IMG/VR virus record: IMGVR_UViG_3300033186_000039
Location: 1-64,000 of that record
DNA length: 64,000 bases
Reading direction: 5' to 3' (one strand)
DNA from: a virus
Positions 18,455-27,531 of the stretch are shown here, piece by piece. Both the position numbers and the translations under genes were made by a program. Positions within the stretch are counted from its first letter, which is position 1; each line of letters begins with the position of its first letter. The notes beneath the pieces were generated by a model. It saw nothing but the letters and a program-made list of their open reading frames with translations, was not told the DNA's origin and did no database searches.

Positions 18455-19363
18455 ATGGCTGGCGGAAATATTTTTGCACCATCTAGCGTTACGAGCACGG
18501 GCGTCGTTGATACCAACACGCTTGGCTTGTTATACGCCTCGTTTACTACAGGCGCATCTTCAGCAGCCCACAATGACAAATGGATGAAGGTTGCTACGCA
18601 AACATCCAGTACTACGCAAGCGAATTACTATGAGTTTTTCAAGTCAGCCCCAAGCTTGCGCAAGCGTGTTGGTGAGAAGCTGGTTGATAAAATGCGTCGT
18701 GAGCGTTATGCGTTGTTCAATGAACCGTATGATGCGGATTTGGCAATTTCACGTGATGACTTGGAAGACCAGCAAGCTGATTTCATTTCTCGTCAAATGC
18801 AGTCAATGGGTCGTGAAGCGGGCGCACATCGCTCTCACGTGGTGTTTGAGGCGTTGGGTGAGGGTCACACAGAAGATGGCATTTGCTATGATGGCTTGCC
18901 GTTCTTCTCCAAAGTCCATCCTGTTGGTGGCACAACGGTTTCCAACTATGATGACGGCGGTGCAGGTCAATTGTGGTACTTGATGAATGATGAAGATTCA
19001 TACAAGCCATTGATTTTGCAAATTCGCAAAGACTACATGTTTGAAATGGACGAGAGTAACTACGACACGGTGTACTTCCGTACTCGTGCGCGTTTGGCAG
19101 TGGGCTACTCGTTGTGGACTAATGCTTATGCGTCCAATCAAACCTTGAACGGCACTAACTTTGACGCAGCCCGTCAAGCGATGATGGCATTCAAAGATGA
19201 AGGCGGTAAAGAAATGGGCATTGAGCCTACTGTTGCCGTCGTCGGTCGTAGCAACTACGCAGCGGCTAAAACGTTGTTTGAAAACGCGAAAGATGACGCG
19301 GGTGCAGATAACACCTTCTATGGTGCAGTGCGCGAAGTGGTCTATTGCCCTTGGTTGCCATAA
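18455..19363 (+). CDS. Major capsid protein, Mu gpT-like
   Basis: ISRDDLEDQ and CYDGLPFFSKVHPV align with Mu gpT ISRDDFEDD and CYDGQNFFDKEHPV. Length is 302 aa. Confidence 0.85.
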   Translation: MAGGNIFAPSSVTSTGVVDTNTLGLLYASFTTGASSAAHNDKWMKVATQTSSTTQANYYEFFKSAPSLRKRVGEKLVDKMRRERYALFNEPYDADLAISRDDLEDQQADFISRQMQSMGREAGAHRSHVVFEALGEGHTEDGICYDGLPFFSKVHPVGGTTVSNYDDGGAGQLWYLMNDEDSYKPLILQIRKDYMFEMDESNYDTVYFRTRARLAVGYSLWTNAYASNQTLNGTNFDAARQAMMAFKDEGGKEMGIEPTVAVVGRSNYAAAKTLFENAKDDAGADNTFYGAVREVVYCPWLP

Positions 19364-19375
19364 CGGTAGTTCAGC

Positions 19376-19723
19376 ATGAGCGAAACCACCGACGATATGT
19401 TGAGTGAGGATGCGGTAGTCACAGAAACCGAGACTGCCGCCAAGAAACCGCGTGGGCGCAAGCCTAAAGCGTCATCTGCGTCAACTGAAACGCAAGCACC
19501 GCCCGAAGTTAAAGAAGAACCTGTTGCCCCTCCACCAAAGCCTGTGCCTGTTAAACCGCGCACGGAAAAGGTGATGGTGACAACGACGCTGCGTGGTTCT
19601 CGCCGCGTCATTGGAATTGATTTTGATAAAACGCCTAAGCCGATTGATTTGGCGGCGTTGTCAAAAGATGATCGTGATGCGTTGGTGAATGATTTGGGGT
19701 TGGTTGTTGCTCCTAGTGAATAG
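19376..19723 (+). CDS. Hypothetical protein with AT-hook-like KKPRGRKPK and a Pro-rich linker
   Basis: 115-aa ORF directly after the capsid gene. Confidence 0.5.
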   Translation: MSETTDDMLSEDAVVTETETAAKKPRGRKPKASSASTETQAPPEVKEEPVAPPPKPVPVKPRTEKVMVTTTLRGSRRVIGIDFDKTPKPIDLAALSKDDRDALVNDLGLVVAPSE

Positions 19724-19777
19724 TGGCTAGAAAATAGTTTATAGGATGGGCTGACGTGAGGAAGCCCATCTTTCTTG

Positions 19778-20107
19778 TTACCCCGCCACCAATTCTTCTA
19801 ACTTTTCCTCTGCGCGAGCTATTGCGGTAGCGTATACCTCATCTAAATCATTATTATCACTTCCATCCCGTGCCGCGTCATGGCTGTACTTTGAGTTAAT
19901 AACATAACCAAAGGGCTTATGTTCAAATCTGTTGACACGACATAAAAACACCTCAATCTTGTCTTTCTCTAAAGAGGCTTTAGCGACTAGTGTATCGCCA
20001 TAGAGCAACCCGTGGTGTAGTTCGGGCCTTTTATCATCCTCAATCTTAAGCGGTATCTGTGCAAGAGCCTGTTCTGGCGTGAGTAGTATTTCAAGCTTTG
20101 GCTTCAT
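19778..20107 (-). CDS. Small protein, LEILL-family paralog 2 (diverged)
   Basis: MKPKLEILLTPEQA N-terminus. Its flanks match paralog 3 (hairpin at the 3' end, MITE-like element at the 5' end). Confidence 0.6.
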   Translation of the reverse strand: MKPKLEILLTPEQALAQIPLKIEDDKRPELHHGLLYGDTLVAKASLEKDKIEVFLCRVNRFEHKPFGYVINSKYSHDAARDGSDNNDLDEVYATAIARAEEKLEELVAG

Positions 20108-20130
20108 GGTTTCATGGTTTCTTCTTTGTT

Positions 20131-20218
20131 TATCTGAATGAGAATTATCAGAATGAATGAATTTTCAGAATGGGATTATTCTGTTAATTATCTAATTCTG
20201 TAAATTCTGATTCTGACA
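20131..20218. mobile_element. MITE-like 88-bp element with 16-bp terminal inverted repeats
   Basis: TATCTGAATGAGAATT (20131-20146) and AATTCTGATTCTGACA (20203-20218). Internal CAGAAT/ATTCTG sub-repeats. A GATGGGCTTCCC..CCCATCCTA hairpin follows at 20223-20253. Confidence 0.6.
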
Positions 20219-20273
20219 GCTTGATGGGCTTCCCGATGGTCATCCCATCCTATGCTTGCTAGTTATGTGGACT

Positions 20274-20537
20274 TTAGAACCCTTTAAAGTCATTCATGTT
20301 TTCGTATTGATCGCGTGTCAACATGACGGTCGATACTTTGTATTCGTACCCGTCCTCTTCGATTGCACGCTTAGCTTCTGCTGTTTCCATGACGCAGCGT
20401 GACCCATCGCGTTCCAGCACCGTGAACTCTTCTAATTTATATTCATCGCATTCGGGCGCATGTTCGCTAGGAGGGTACACGCCGCCACATGTTTCTTCCC
20501 ATGTTCGGCACCAATTATTTTCTTTGCATTCGCACAT
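20274..20537 (-). CDS. Cys-rich hypothetical protein (87 aa)
   Basis: Compact ORF with an MCECKENNWC... N-terminus. No motif recognised. Confidence 0.5.
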   Translation of the reverse strand: MCECKENNWCRTWEETCGGVYPPSEHAPECDEYKLEEFTVLERDGSRCVMETAEAKRAIEEDGYEYKVSTVMLTRDQYENMNDFKGF

Positions 20538-20599
20538 GCTTAACTCCTAGTTTTAGCTTGTAGGATGGGCTTACGTGAGGAAGCCCATCTTTCTTGTTG

Positions 20600-20911
20600 T
20601 CAAATGCTTTTAATAAATTTTTGACCAGAAGCAATCGCTTGGCTATAAGCCTCGTCCAATGTGTAGCCCATGTCTTTCCCTATTATATTTTGATGCTGAA
20701 GCTCAAAGCCAATAGAAAAATAAAAACTTTTACCTACAGTAAAAGGTGATAAAGGGTTTTTTATATTGCTCATTTGGTATAAATTAATTTGTAATTCATC
20801 TCTACCAACATCGGTTCTGGCGATTTTTATCGAATTGTCCCAAGTTTGGGTTTTATAAAACATTATTTCTTTAGCCTGCTCTGGCTTGAGTAGTATCTCT
20901 AGTTGTATCAT
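20600..20911 (-). CDS. Small protein, LEILL-family paralog 3
   Basis: MIQLEILLKPEQA..., IKIAR, VGKSFYFS and GKDMGYTLDEAYSQA are shared with 13849-14172. Confidence 0.65.
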   Translation of the reverse strand: MIQLEILLKPEQAKEIMFYKTQTWDNSIKIARTDVGRDELQINLYQMSNIKNPLSPFTVGKSFYFSIGFELQHQNIIGKDMGYTLDEAYSQAIASGQKFIKSI

Positions 20912-20930
20912 TATGTGTTTCTCATTTATT

Positions 20931-21017
20931 TGTCTGAATCAGGATTAGCAATATTTTATGATTATCAGGATGATTTATCTTGTTAATTCTTTTACCCTGT
21001 AAATCCTGATTCGGACA
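20931..21017. mobile_element. MITE-like 87-bp element
   Basis: TIRs TGTCTGAATCAGGATT (20931-20946) and AATCCTGATTCGGACA (21002-21017). Confidence 0.65.
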
Positions 21018-21044
21018 TTACTGTTTTGCATTATGGGCTTAATA

Positions 21045-21335
21045 CTATCGGGTTAGTGGGTAAATTTCCACCTCTTCTGAGGGAGGGAATTGTTTCAAAT
21101 TAACAGCCCCGTATGCTTGTTGCTCAGTACCAGCAACAATAGAAAGAGTTGCAGTATCGAATATATGCCACCATACAATCCCACCTTCATCCAAAATATT
21201 AGATGTAGCTAAAGCATCAATGTTATCGCCCGAACCTAAATAATCATGCGCTCCGCCTTGGGCATAACAAGTGTCATTAGACCCAAACAATAAGTATCTC
21301 ATAAGTAGCCAATTAGCAAATAAACCCGTCACCAT
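21045..21335 (-). CDS. Hypothetical protein (96 aa)
   Basis: ATG follows a GGGAGGGGATA SD inside a 38-bp leader that is duplicated at 16053-16090. Confidence 0.5.
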   Translation of the reverse strand: MVTGLFANWLLMRYLLFGSNDTCYAQGGAHDYLGSGDNIDALATSNILDEGGIVWWHIFDTATLSIVAGTEQQAYGAVNLKQFPPSEEVEIYPLTR

Positions 21336-21442
21336 TATCCCCTCCCACCTCCCATTTTGTCAATCAAAACACCCCCCCCTACATTGACAAAACCCCCATA
21401 TCTGCTTAAATCATAAACAGATAAAAACACAGCCCAAACACT

Positions 21443-22429
21443 ATGCCCTTCATCTCCACCCCCCTACACCCCTCGGCAACCTCGCTGGTTTCAGTCGCCG
21501 ACTTTACCGCGTACATTTCCATTGCGTTGACGGGACACGACCCCGTGGTGTTATCATTGGATGATAACAACGACTACGCCATTACCGTGCGCGGCTTGGC
21601 ACGGGTGGTGGCATCTAATCGGGCGGTGATGCACGGCGGCGTGGACGGCGTGTGGTTTTATCGGGACGTGGATAACGTGTGGGTCGAAGCAGTGGACGAG
21701 GCGGCGGCGTTGGTAGCGGGGCGAGAGGCGGTGATTCAGTTGATATTGAATGCCGCGACTGCCAGCATCAACGTACTGCCGCAACTCTGTGGTGCGCCCA
21801 TCCTTGACCGCACGGCGGCGATTGACGCTGATTTTGTCATTACTGCCGCGTCCACCATTACCGCCCCCGTCGCGGATAATGCGTTTGATTTTCTCAGTGT
21901 CGGTGACGTGTTCTCGTTTGTGACAGAAAACAACACCGACCTGCACGAAGTCGCCGCGATTGATACCGACAGCGACCCGCATGTGTTGACCATTACCGCC
22001 GATACCACGCTGGTCGTCGAGCCGATATTGGACAGCACCGTTTTAGGCTTTACCTACACGCCTGAGTTGGCTATCCCGCGCAACTGGAAAGACAGCCGTT
22101 TCAAGAATCCCCCACCTGACGATGTTATCCCAGCGGGAATTAAACTGGCAGTGTGTCGCTTGGCTACCTCGTATATCACCAAGGGTGATTTGGCAGCGGC
22201 GGCGGATGCGCGGTATGGCTTGAAAGAAGTAGAAATTTTTGAAGCGGTGACAGTGGAGTTTGCTGAAAGCCCCGAAGCGTATGCAGCAATGGAGCGGCGT
22301 GAACTGCCTTCTGACGTGTTAGAGGCGTTGTCAAACTACCTATGCGAACAGATACGTGGGTATGGGCGCAAGAAGCGGTGTGTGCCGCCGATGCGGGTGA
22401 CGAATTATGATATTGAGCGTAAGTTGTAG
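21443..22429 (+). CDS. Virion structural protein candidate (328 aa)
   Basis: Ala/Val/Asp-rich. Contains the LSVG...IDTDSDPHVLTI domain shared with 29518 and 35275. Confidence 0.55.
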   Translation: MPFISTPLHPSATSLVSVADFTAYISIALTGHDPVVLSLDDNNDYAITVRGLARVVASNRAVMHGGVDGVWFYRDVDNVWVEAVDEAAALVAGREAVIQLILNAATASINVLPQLCGAPILDRTAAIDADFVITAASTITAPVADNAFDFLSVGDVFSFVTENNTDLHEVAAIDTDSDPHVLTITADTTLVVEPILDSTVLGFTYTPELAIPRNWKDSRFKNPPPDDVIPAGIKLAVCRLATSYITKGDLAAAADARYGLKEVEIFEAVTVEFAESPEAYAAMERRELPSDVLEALSNYLCEQIRGYGRKKRCVPPMRVTNYDIERKL

Positions 22430-22441
22430 TGAGGCGCAAGT

Positions 22442-22891
22442 ATGCCGCTTGAAAATGTCCTGCTCAAAACCCTGACTGCCACCGCGTTTGACATCGCCGT
22501 GCCGTATCTGCGCGAAGACCAAACCATTGCCACCTTGCGCTACCAGCAGCCACAAGCTTATTCACATTACCCTATTCACCCCGACGCACCCACGCAAACC
22601 GCCACGCCTGAGTTGTTGACGTTTAATTTGAAAGGCCCGTTGACGGCAATTAAATACCAAATGAACAAAAACGGCGTGACGGTAGAAGTCCTCGCCCACC
22701 GCTTCCAAACCCAACTCCAAGATATGCCCGATGAACTGCAAACCCTTGTCACTCAAGCAGGCGGATTCCGTGCGATGATGCAGCAATCCAGTCCGTTTGA
22801 TTTTATCTTGCCATCGGGCGAGGTGTTGAAGATTGCGCAGGTGACGGATCAGGTTACGGTGGTGTTGTTTGTGTTGGTTGGGAAGGGGTAG
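22442..22891 (+). CDS. Hypothetical structural-module protein (149 aa)
   Basis: ORF 12 nt after the previous stop. No motif recognised. Confidence 0.5.
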   Translation: MPLENVLLKTLTATAFDIAVPYLREDQTIATLRYQQPQAYSHYPIHPDAPTQTATPELLTFNLKGPLTAIKYQMNKNGVTVEVLAHRFQTQLQDMPDELQTLVTQAGGFRAMMQQSSPFDFILPSGEVLKIAQVTDQVTVVLFVLVGKG

Positions 22892-22894
22892 CTG

Positions 22895-23001
22895 CTCGTT
22901 ACCAAGCTCCTGCTTGGTAGTGTATGCGCCCGAAGCTCTGCTTCGCGTACATCAAGCAGAGCTTGAAATGCAGGCATTACCAAGCGGAGCTTGGTAACGA
23001 G
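22895..23001. repeat. Nested palindromes (CTCGTTACCAAGCTCC .. GGAGCTTGGTAACGAG, with inner GAAGCTCTGCTTC / AAGCAGAGCTT)
   Basis: Read directly. Variant of hairpin family 2, followed by a half MITE-like element at 23004-23045. Confidence 0.75.
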
Positions 23002-23221
23002 GTAATTCTATCAATTTTAAAATTCTGCAAATTCTGATTCAGACGTTTAACCTTCACTCATCATACCACCCAAGTTTTGTCAAAACAATATTGACATCTG
23101 CTAAGCTTACCCACAAGCAAGCAGGCGAAATTCCGCCTCCTGCGGCGTGGCAGTTCTGTGCTGCCCTATACCTGCCACTTACCTTTAAGGCGATACCCAT
23201 TTCTGTTACTATCCTGTCATA

Positions 23222-23434
23222 TTGTCCCAGTGGAACAAAGTAATGATTAAAAACTCCATAAGTGTTGATGAACTAACTATGCGTCTACTTCTTCTTAGGG
23301 AGGAAGCTAAGGTGAAACCGGATGAGTTTGATGCCGCCAGAGTCGCAGAAGAAGTTATCAACATAATTCCTTATGTGCAGGAATGGCAGCCGTTAAATCT
23401 GTCAAAACATGATGGATGGCATAGCATTCATTAG
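23222..23434 (+). CDS. Hypothetical protein (start TTG 23222 or ATG 23243)
   Basis: Small ORF. No motif recognised. Confidence 0.4.
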   Translation: MSQWNKVMIKNSISVDELTMRLLLLREEAKVKPDEFDAARVAEEVINIIPYVQEWQPLNLSKHDGWHSIH

Positions 23435-23493
23435 CAATTTTGTCAAAACTTGCTATATTTCCATAAGTTTGTTTAAAAACGGGATATAGTGGC

Positions 23494-23985
23494 ATGAATA
23501 CGGTGATAATTGGGGCTGCGAATAAAGACGGCACGGTGAATCTCGTGTCAAATGCGGCTGTGGATATTAATTACTGGCATTTGGCGGGTAATATCGTAAT
23601 GGACACGGCAGGTTTTTATTTTGAAAGCACGAGTGAAGGGTCTGACGGCGGTAAAGACATCACTGCGCTTGAAATTAAAAACTACTTAACCTCCATTACC
23701 AATAAATACTTGTTGACAAAAGTAGGTAAAGAATTGCGAATATCCATCATGCCTAATGATGACGCTAAAGTTGTAGGCTCGGCTATGGAAATCGCATTTT
23801 TGATAGCTAAAATTACCCATAAACATTTTTGGGACGCAACCAAAGCATCATCCGATGGCGGTAGCCAAATCACCTTGGATGAAATGCTGATGTGGTTGAA
23901 AGAGTTGGCTGAAAGCTTGGATAGCAAAGTAGGTTTGGATGTTGAATTTGAAATTCATGAACTTGAATCGCCAGTGACGGCTTAA
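23494..23985 (+). CDS. Hypothetical protein with internal duplication
   Basis: Two SDGGxxIT..E....L....VG repeats. TTTTGTCAAAA lies 46 nt upstream. Confidence 0.5.
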   Translation: MNTVIIGAANKDGTVNLVSNAAVDINYWHLAGNIVMDTAGFYFESTSEGSDGGKDITALEIKNYLTSITNKYLLTKVGKELRISIMPNDDAKVVGSAMEIAFLIAKITHKHFWDATKASSDGGSQITLDEMLMWLKELAESLDSKVGLDVEFEIHELESPVTA

Positions 23986-24040
23986 CTCACCAGCGCGGCG
24001 ACGGTGGAGGTCGTCACGCTTTGACTTATTGGATTTAATA

Positions 24041-24781
24041 ATGGAACAATGGGTAAGCCAAATTTTCATTGAAAACAGCATCCTTTTCATACTGATTTCG
24101 CTTGTGTATGTGCTGTACCGCCTTAATCCTAAGCGATTTAGCCAAACTGTATTTTTGGGCGTGGCGTGGTTTAATCGCGGATTACTGGCTGATAAAGCAT
24201 TTAGCGCAACAATTAAAGCGGTGATGCGTACCGATGAATGGGCAACAACCACCATGAAGGACATGGAGCGTCAAGTCCTGCGCAAACAGCGGTCTTGGGA
24301 GCAAGCGAACAGCCTATTTCAAGCCGCATCAGAAGCAAGCTTGCCGCCGCAGCGGGTTATGGTCATGCTGGTGCATAATGGCGAATATACGACCAACCAG
24401 CGCGGATTGTATAAAGTGACTTGTATCGCAGAGATAAATGGCTATAACAAATTAAGGTTAATGCCGTTTTTCAACGCTGTCATGCTGGAAAATTTGTGTG
24501 TGAGATTGTCAGAGGTGGTTCATTTTGGCAGTCCCGCGCTGGTGCATTATGACAGGCAGCACGCTCATAATGACGTTTACGTTGACACGCACACCCACAT
24601 GCATGACTTGTATTTGCAAAAGGGAGTTATAGCCGAGGTTGTTGCGCCGATAATGACTTCGCAAAGTCTGCTGGCGGGGATCATGGTGCTGCATTTTGAT
24701 GAAACGCTAACACCAGAGCAAGCGCAGTCGTTATTTGAACCGATTGATAGCGCGGTAAGTGAACTAGGGGCGGTGTTGTAA
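24041..24781 (+). CDS. Membrane-anchored hypothetical protein
   Basis: ATG 24041. N-terminal hydrophobic helix ILFILISLVYVLY. The rest is unrecognised. Confidence 0.5.
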   Translation: MEQWVSQIFIENSILFILISLVYVLYRLNPKRFSQTVFLGVAWFNRGLLADKAFSATIKAVMRTDEWATTTMKDMERQVLRKQRSWEQANSLFQAASEASLPPQRVMVMLVHNGEYTTNQRGLYKVTCIAEINGYNKLRLMPFFNAVMLENLCVRLSEVVHFGSPALVHYDRQHAHNDVYVDTHTHMHDLYLQKGVIAEVVAPIMTSQSLLAGIMVLHFDETLTPEQAQSLFEPIDSAVSELGAVL

Positions 24782-24782
24782 C

Positions 24783-25109
24783 ATGGCTACGCTCCATTTT
24801 GAAGTCAAAAGTGGGGCAACGGTACACATCCACCCACCCCATGAACCAAACCAAGGCGAAGCCGTCAGTAAGGCTGAATTCAAAAGGCTACAAAACGCAG
24901 CACACAACTACACCCGTGAACAAATCCGCAGCGGCAAGCTGCCCAAGGCAAACACGCAACAGTGCATGGGACGCATGGACGGCTGCACCATCACCGCCGA
25001 CGAATGGCATCACCCCGACTACCGCGAACCCGCTTTTGTCATCCCGCTGTGTACGGCTTGTCATAAGAAGGCGCATAAGTTGATGGATAATCCTGTGCGG
25101 GTTTTGTGA
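24783..25109 (+). CDS. HNH endonuclease
   Basis: EWHHPDY...PLCTACHKKAH motif. Confidence 0.7.
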   Translation: MATLHFEVKSGATVHIHPPHEPNQGEAVSKAEFKRLQNAAHNYTREQIRSGKLPKANTQQCMGRMDGCTITADEWHHPDYREPAFVIPLCTACHKKAHKLMDNPVRVL

Positions 25110-25328
25110 CCCGCAGGATGGGCTGACGATAGGAGACCCGTCAATCGCGCAACTATAAGCCCACCGTTGGTCAGACGATCCTACAAACTATTAAAATTTA
25201 ACGATATGAACAAACAATCCAAGCCGTTTTGCATTCATAATCATATGATATATTTAACCTTAACTCAAACATGGTTTGTGTCAATAAATTGTAATCGACA
25301 AAATGGCGGCTTCCAGCGATTATCAATT

Positions 25329-26792
25329 TCATTTTGCGGTCTTCTCGCCTTCCCCCACCGAATCCTCCTGCTCCTCATCTCCCAAATCATCAGGTTCGTC
25401 TTCTTCCTTAATGTCATTATCAGTCGGCTTGTCATCATCACCACTGTCGGCTTGCATGGGCGTAACAGGCATCGTCTGAACGACTTGCTCGACGCGCTGG
25501 TAATTTGACCCATAGCGTTCCTGTGCGCCTTCATCGGTAAGCTCAAAGCCCACTTCCAGAATCGCCTTATCTTCCGCCGCCATTTCTTCAATGGTTTGGT
25601 CTTCAACGATATTAAAGAAGAATTTAGGCTGTACGCCTTCAACCAAGTTAAAATCACAGATGTTCCGAATAAGCTGTTGATTCAGCGTGTTCTCAACCCC
25701 CAACACCACCGAGCGAGAAATTACATCACTGATTTGCGCGTGTTCACTTGCCGCCGCATACGACCCGCCGCTGCTGTCCATTTCCACCGTCAGCGTGTTA
25801 CTGGTAATCGCAATCGCCATCAGCTTGTGCATCAAGCGGATACGGTCATCAAAGTCTTTGATTGTCCCCGCCTTGCCCATTTCCTTGATAATTAACTCAA
25901 TGGAATTAGGAATCAGCGCATACGAGGCTTCACGCAGCTTCTTGATTTGCCGCTCGTAACGCTTTAAGTCGTCTTCGTCAATATCGTCATTGCTGGCATC
26001 GTACATGCCGTAGATGTTGGGCTGAAAACCCCGCCGCAAGTAATCCGAGCCATCAAACAGGGCGTGAATGGTGATAATCCACGGCAATAGCAGCGACGTG
26101 AACAGCGAGTTGGAGCAGGTGTAATCGTTGGTGTAGGCGTGGGTGTGAATCAGCCAACCGTGCGGCATCGGCGGCTCACCGTATGCGCCAGAATCGTACA
26201 GGCGTAGGCGGATGTCGTTTAAGTTTTCAGGATGGAAAATGACAATATTGTTGTTGCGCCATTGGTAAGTTGGCACAAGAAAGCCGTCTATCCAGTTCCA
26301 ACCAATCGTATTGTCAGGATTGGCGCACGCCATCAACTGATAGCCATGAGCATAGGCAAACCCCAACCGCCCAAAAATCCCGCCCAAATCACACATCCGC
26401 GACATCACGGCTTCCACCACTTCCACGCCGCGCAGTTCTTCGTCGGTTGGGTCACGGTCGGTTTTGATTTGGTCGGTCTTGGGGTCACGATACGCGCAAG
26501 CGGGTTCTATGCTCCGCTGCAACCCTTTTAAGTGGGTGGTGTGGCGATTCAATATCCCCGCGATATACGGGTACATGCCCATTTGGTGCTTGAGTTGGTC
26601 AAGTTGCGCGGTATCACCACTACGCGCAGCATTGATGGCGTAGTAAATATCCTCAAACCCAATACCCGCTTTGATTGGCTGCTCACGCACTCCAAAGAGG
26701 CACTGCTGATTAACACGGTCTATCTGCCGCTCCGCCGCCTTGCGGTTGTCTTTGCGCCGCCCACGTCCGTTGCGTTGTCTAATTGTTGCCAT
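25329..26792 (-). CDS. Portal protein candidate (Mu gp29 / DUF935-like)
   Basis: 487 aa with a basic N-terminus and an acidic C-terminal tail. The size and the Mu-like head genes elsewhere in the window support the call. The similarity is judged from memory only. Confidence 0.5.
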   Translation of the reverse strand: MATIRQRNGRGRRKDNRKAAERQIDRVNQQCLFGVREQPIKAGIGFEDIYYAINAARSGDTAQLDQLKHQMGMYPYIAGILNRHTTHLKGLQRSIEPACAYRDPKTDQIKTDRDPTDEELRGVEVVEAVMSRMCDLGGIFGRLGFAYAHGYQLMACANPDNTIGWNWIDGFLVPTYQWRNNNIVIFHPENLNDIRLRLYDSGAYGEPPMPHGWLIHTHAYTNDYTCSNSLFTSLLLPWIITIHALFDGSDYLRRGFQPNIYGMYDASNDDIDEDDLKRYERQIKKLREASYALIPNSIELIIKEMGKAGTIKDFDDRIRLMHKLMAIAITSNTLTVEMDSSGGSYAAASEHAQISDVISRSVVLGVENTLNQQLIRNICDFNLVEGVQPKFFFNIVEDQTIEEMAAEDKAILEVGFELTDEGAQERYGSNYQRVEQVVQTMPVTPMQADSGDDDKPTDNDIKEEDEPDDLGDEEQEDSVGEGEKTAK

Positions 26793-26944
26793 TCTGTCAA
26801 TCCATTGACTTTCATTTTGTCAATTAAAGATAGCAGAAAAACAAAGCGAACCATCTCGCTCCTATGCGAGGCGTGGGAGTGTAGCCTCTGCGAAGTTAAT
26901 TGTAGTCTTCCCAATCACCTTTAAATGGCGCACATTGCTGCTGT

Positions 26945-27181
26945 CTAAAACAGTGTTTTTTTGCCATTGGTTTCGCAATAGTGATGACATGTGCCACCAT
27001 CTTTGCATTTTGTCTTGTGTGATTTTGCCTCTAGCGATGATTGTGTTCTAATTCCCGCAAACACTTCCAATGCCTCTAATTTATCAAGTGCGGTTTGTGC
27101 TTCTCTAGTTGTAGCCATAATTGCTCCTGTTAATGCCTCTAATTTATCAAGTGCGGCTTGTGCTTCTTTAGTTGTAGCCAT
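26945..27181 (-). CDS. Small protein whose 5' end (RBS+ATG+15 codons) is tandemly duplicated
   Basis: MATTKEAQAALDKLEALTGAI-MATTREAQTALDKLEAL..., with a Cys/His-rich C-terminus. Confidence 0.5.
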   Translation of the reverse strand: MATTKEAQAALDKLEALTGAIMATTREAQTALDKLEALEVFAGIRTQSSLEAKSHKTKCKDGGTCHHYCETNGKKTLF

Positions 27182-27194
27182 AATTGCTCCTGTT
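27069..27194. repeat. Tandem 63-bp duplication (61/63 identical)
   Basis: Units at 27069-27131 and 27132-27194. Each contains AGGAG, an ATG and the first 15 codons on the minus strand. Confidence 0.9.
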
Positions 27195-27531
27195 AAGGTA
27201 AAGTTATACTCTACGGATTCGTTCTCTGTAGGCTGTCATGCCTTCGTTGACAAGTCTTTAAGTTTGTTTGCCGCGTGGCGCATACCAACAATGTAGGCTA
27301 TCACCCACAACCGCAATCTGGTTTTTTTCGCACTGTATTGGTCTTTAATCCTTGAGGAACTTTTTGCAAGAATCCTTCTGCATCAGAAAAGCGTACTATT
27401 GGTATAAGCTAATCGCTCCTTTTTCGTGCCATTCTACCATTTTTGTCGCCAAAATTGTCAATATTTTTCTGTTTCGCCTTTCATTTTGACAAAATGCTGC
27501 TTTAATTGGATGTAGATTACTCAAGGGATGA

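Noticed and set aside
23494-23985. EF-hand calcium-binding loops in the SDGGKDITALE / SDGGSQITLDE repeats
   Set aside because: The spacing does not fit the canonical 12-residue loop (positions 1 and 6 are wrong).
25167-25657. +113-aa and -130-aa ORFs at the 3' end of the portal gene
   Set aside because: They overlap the acidic C-terminal tail of the portal frame or non-coding DNA, and their composition is implausible.
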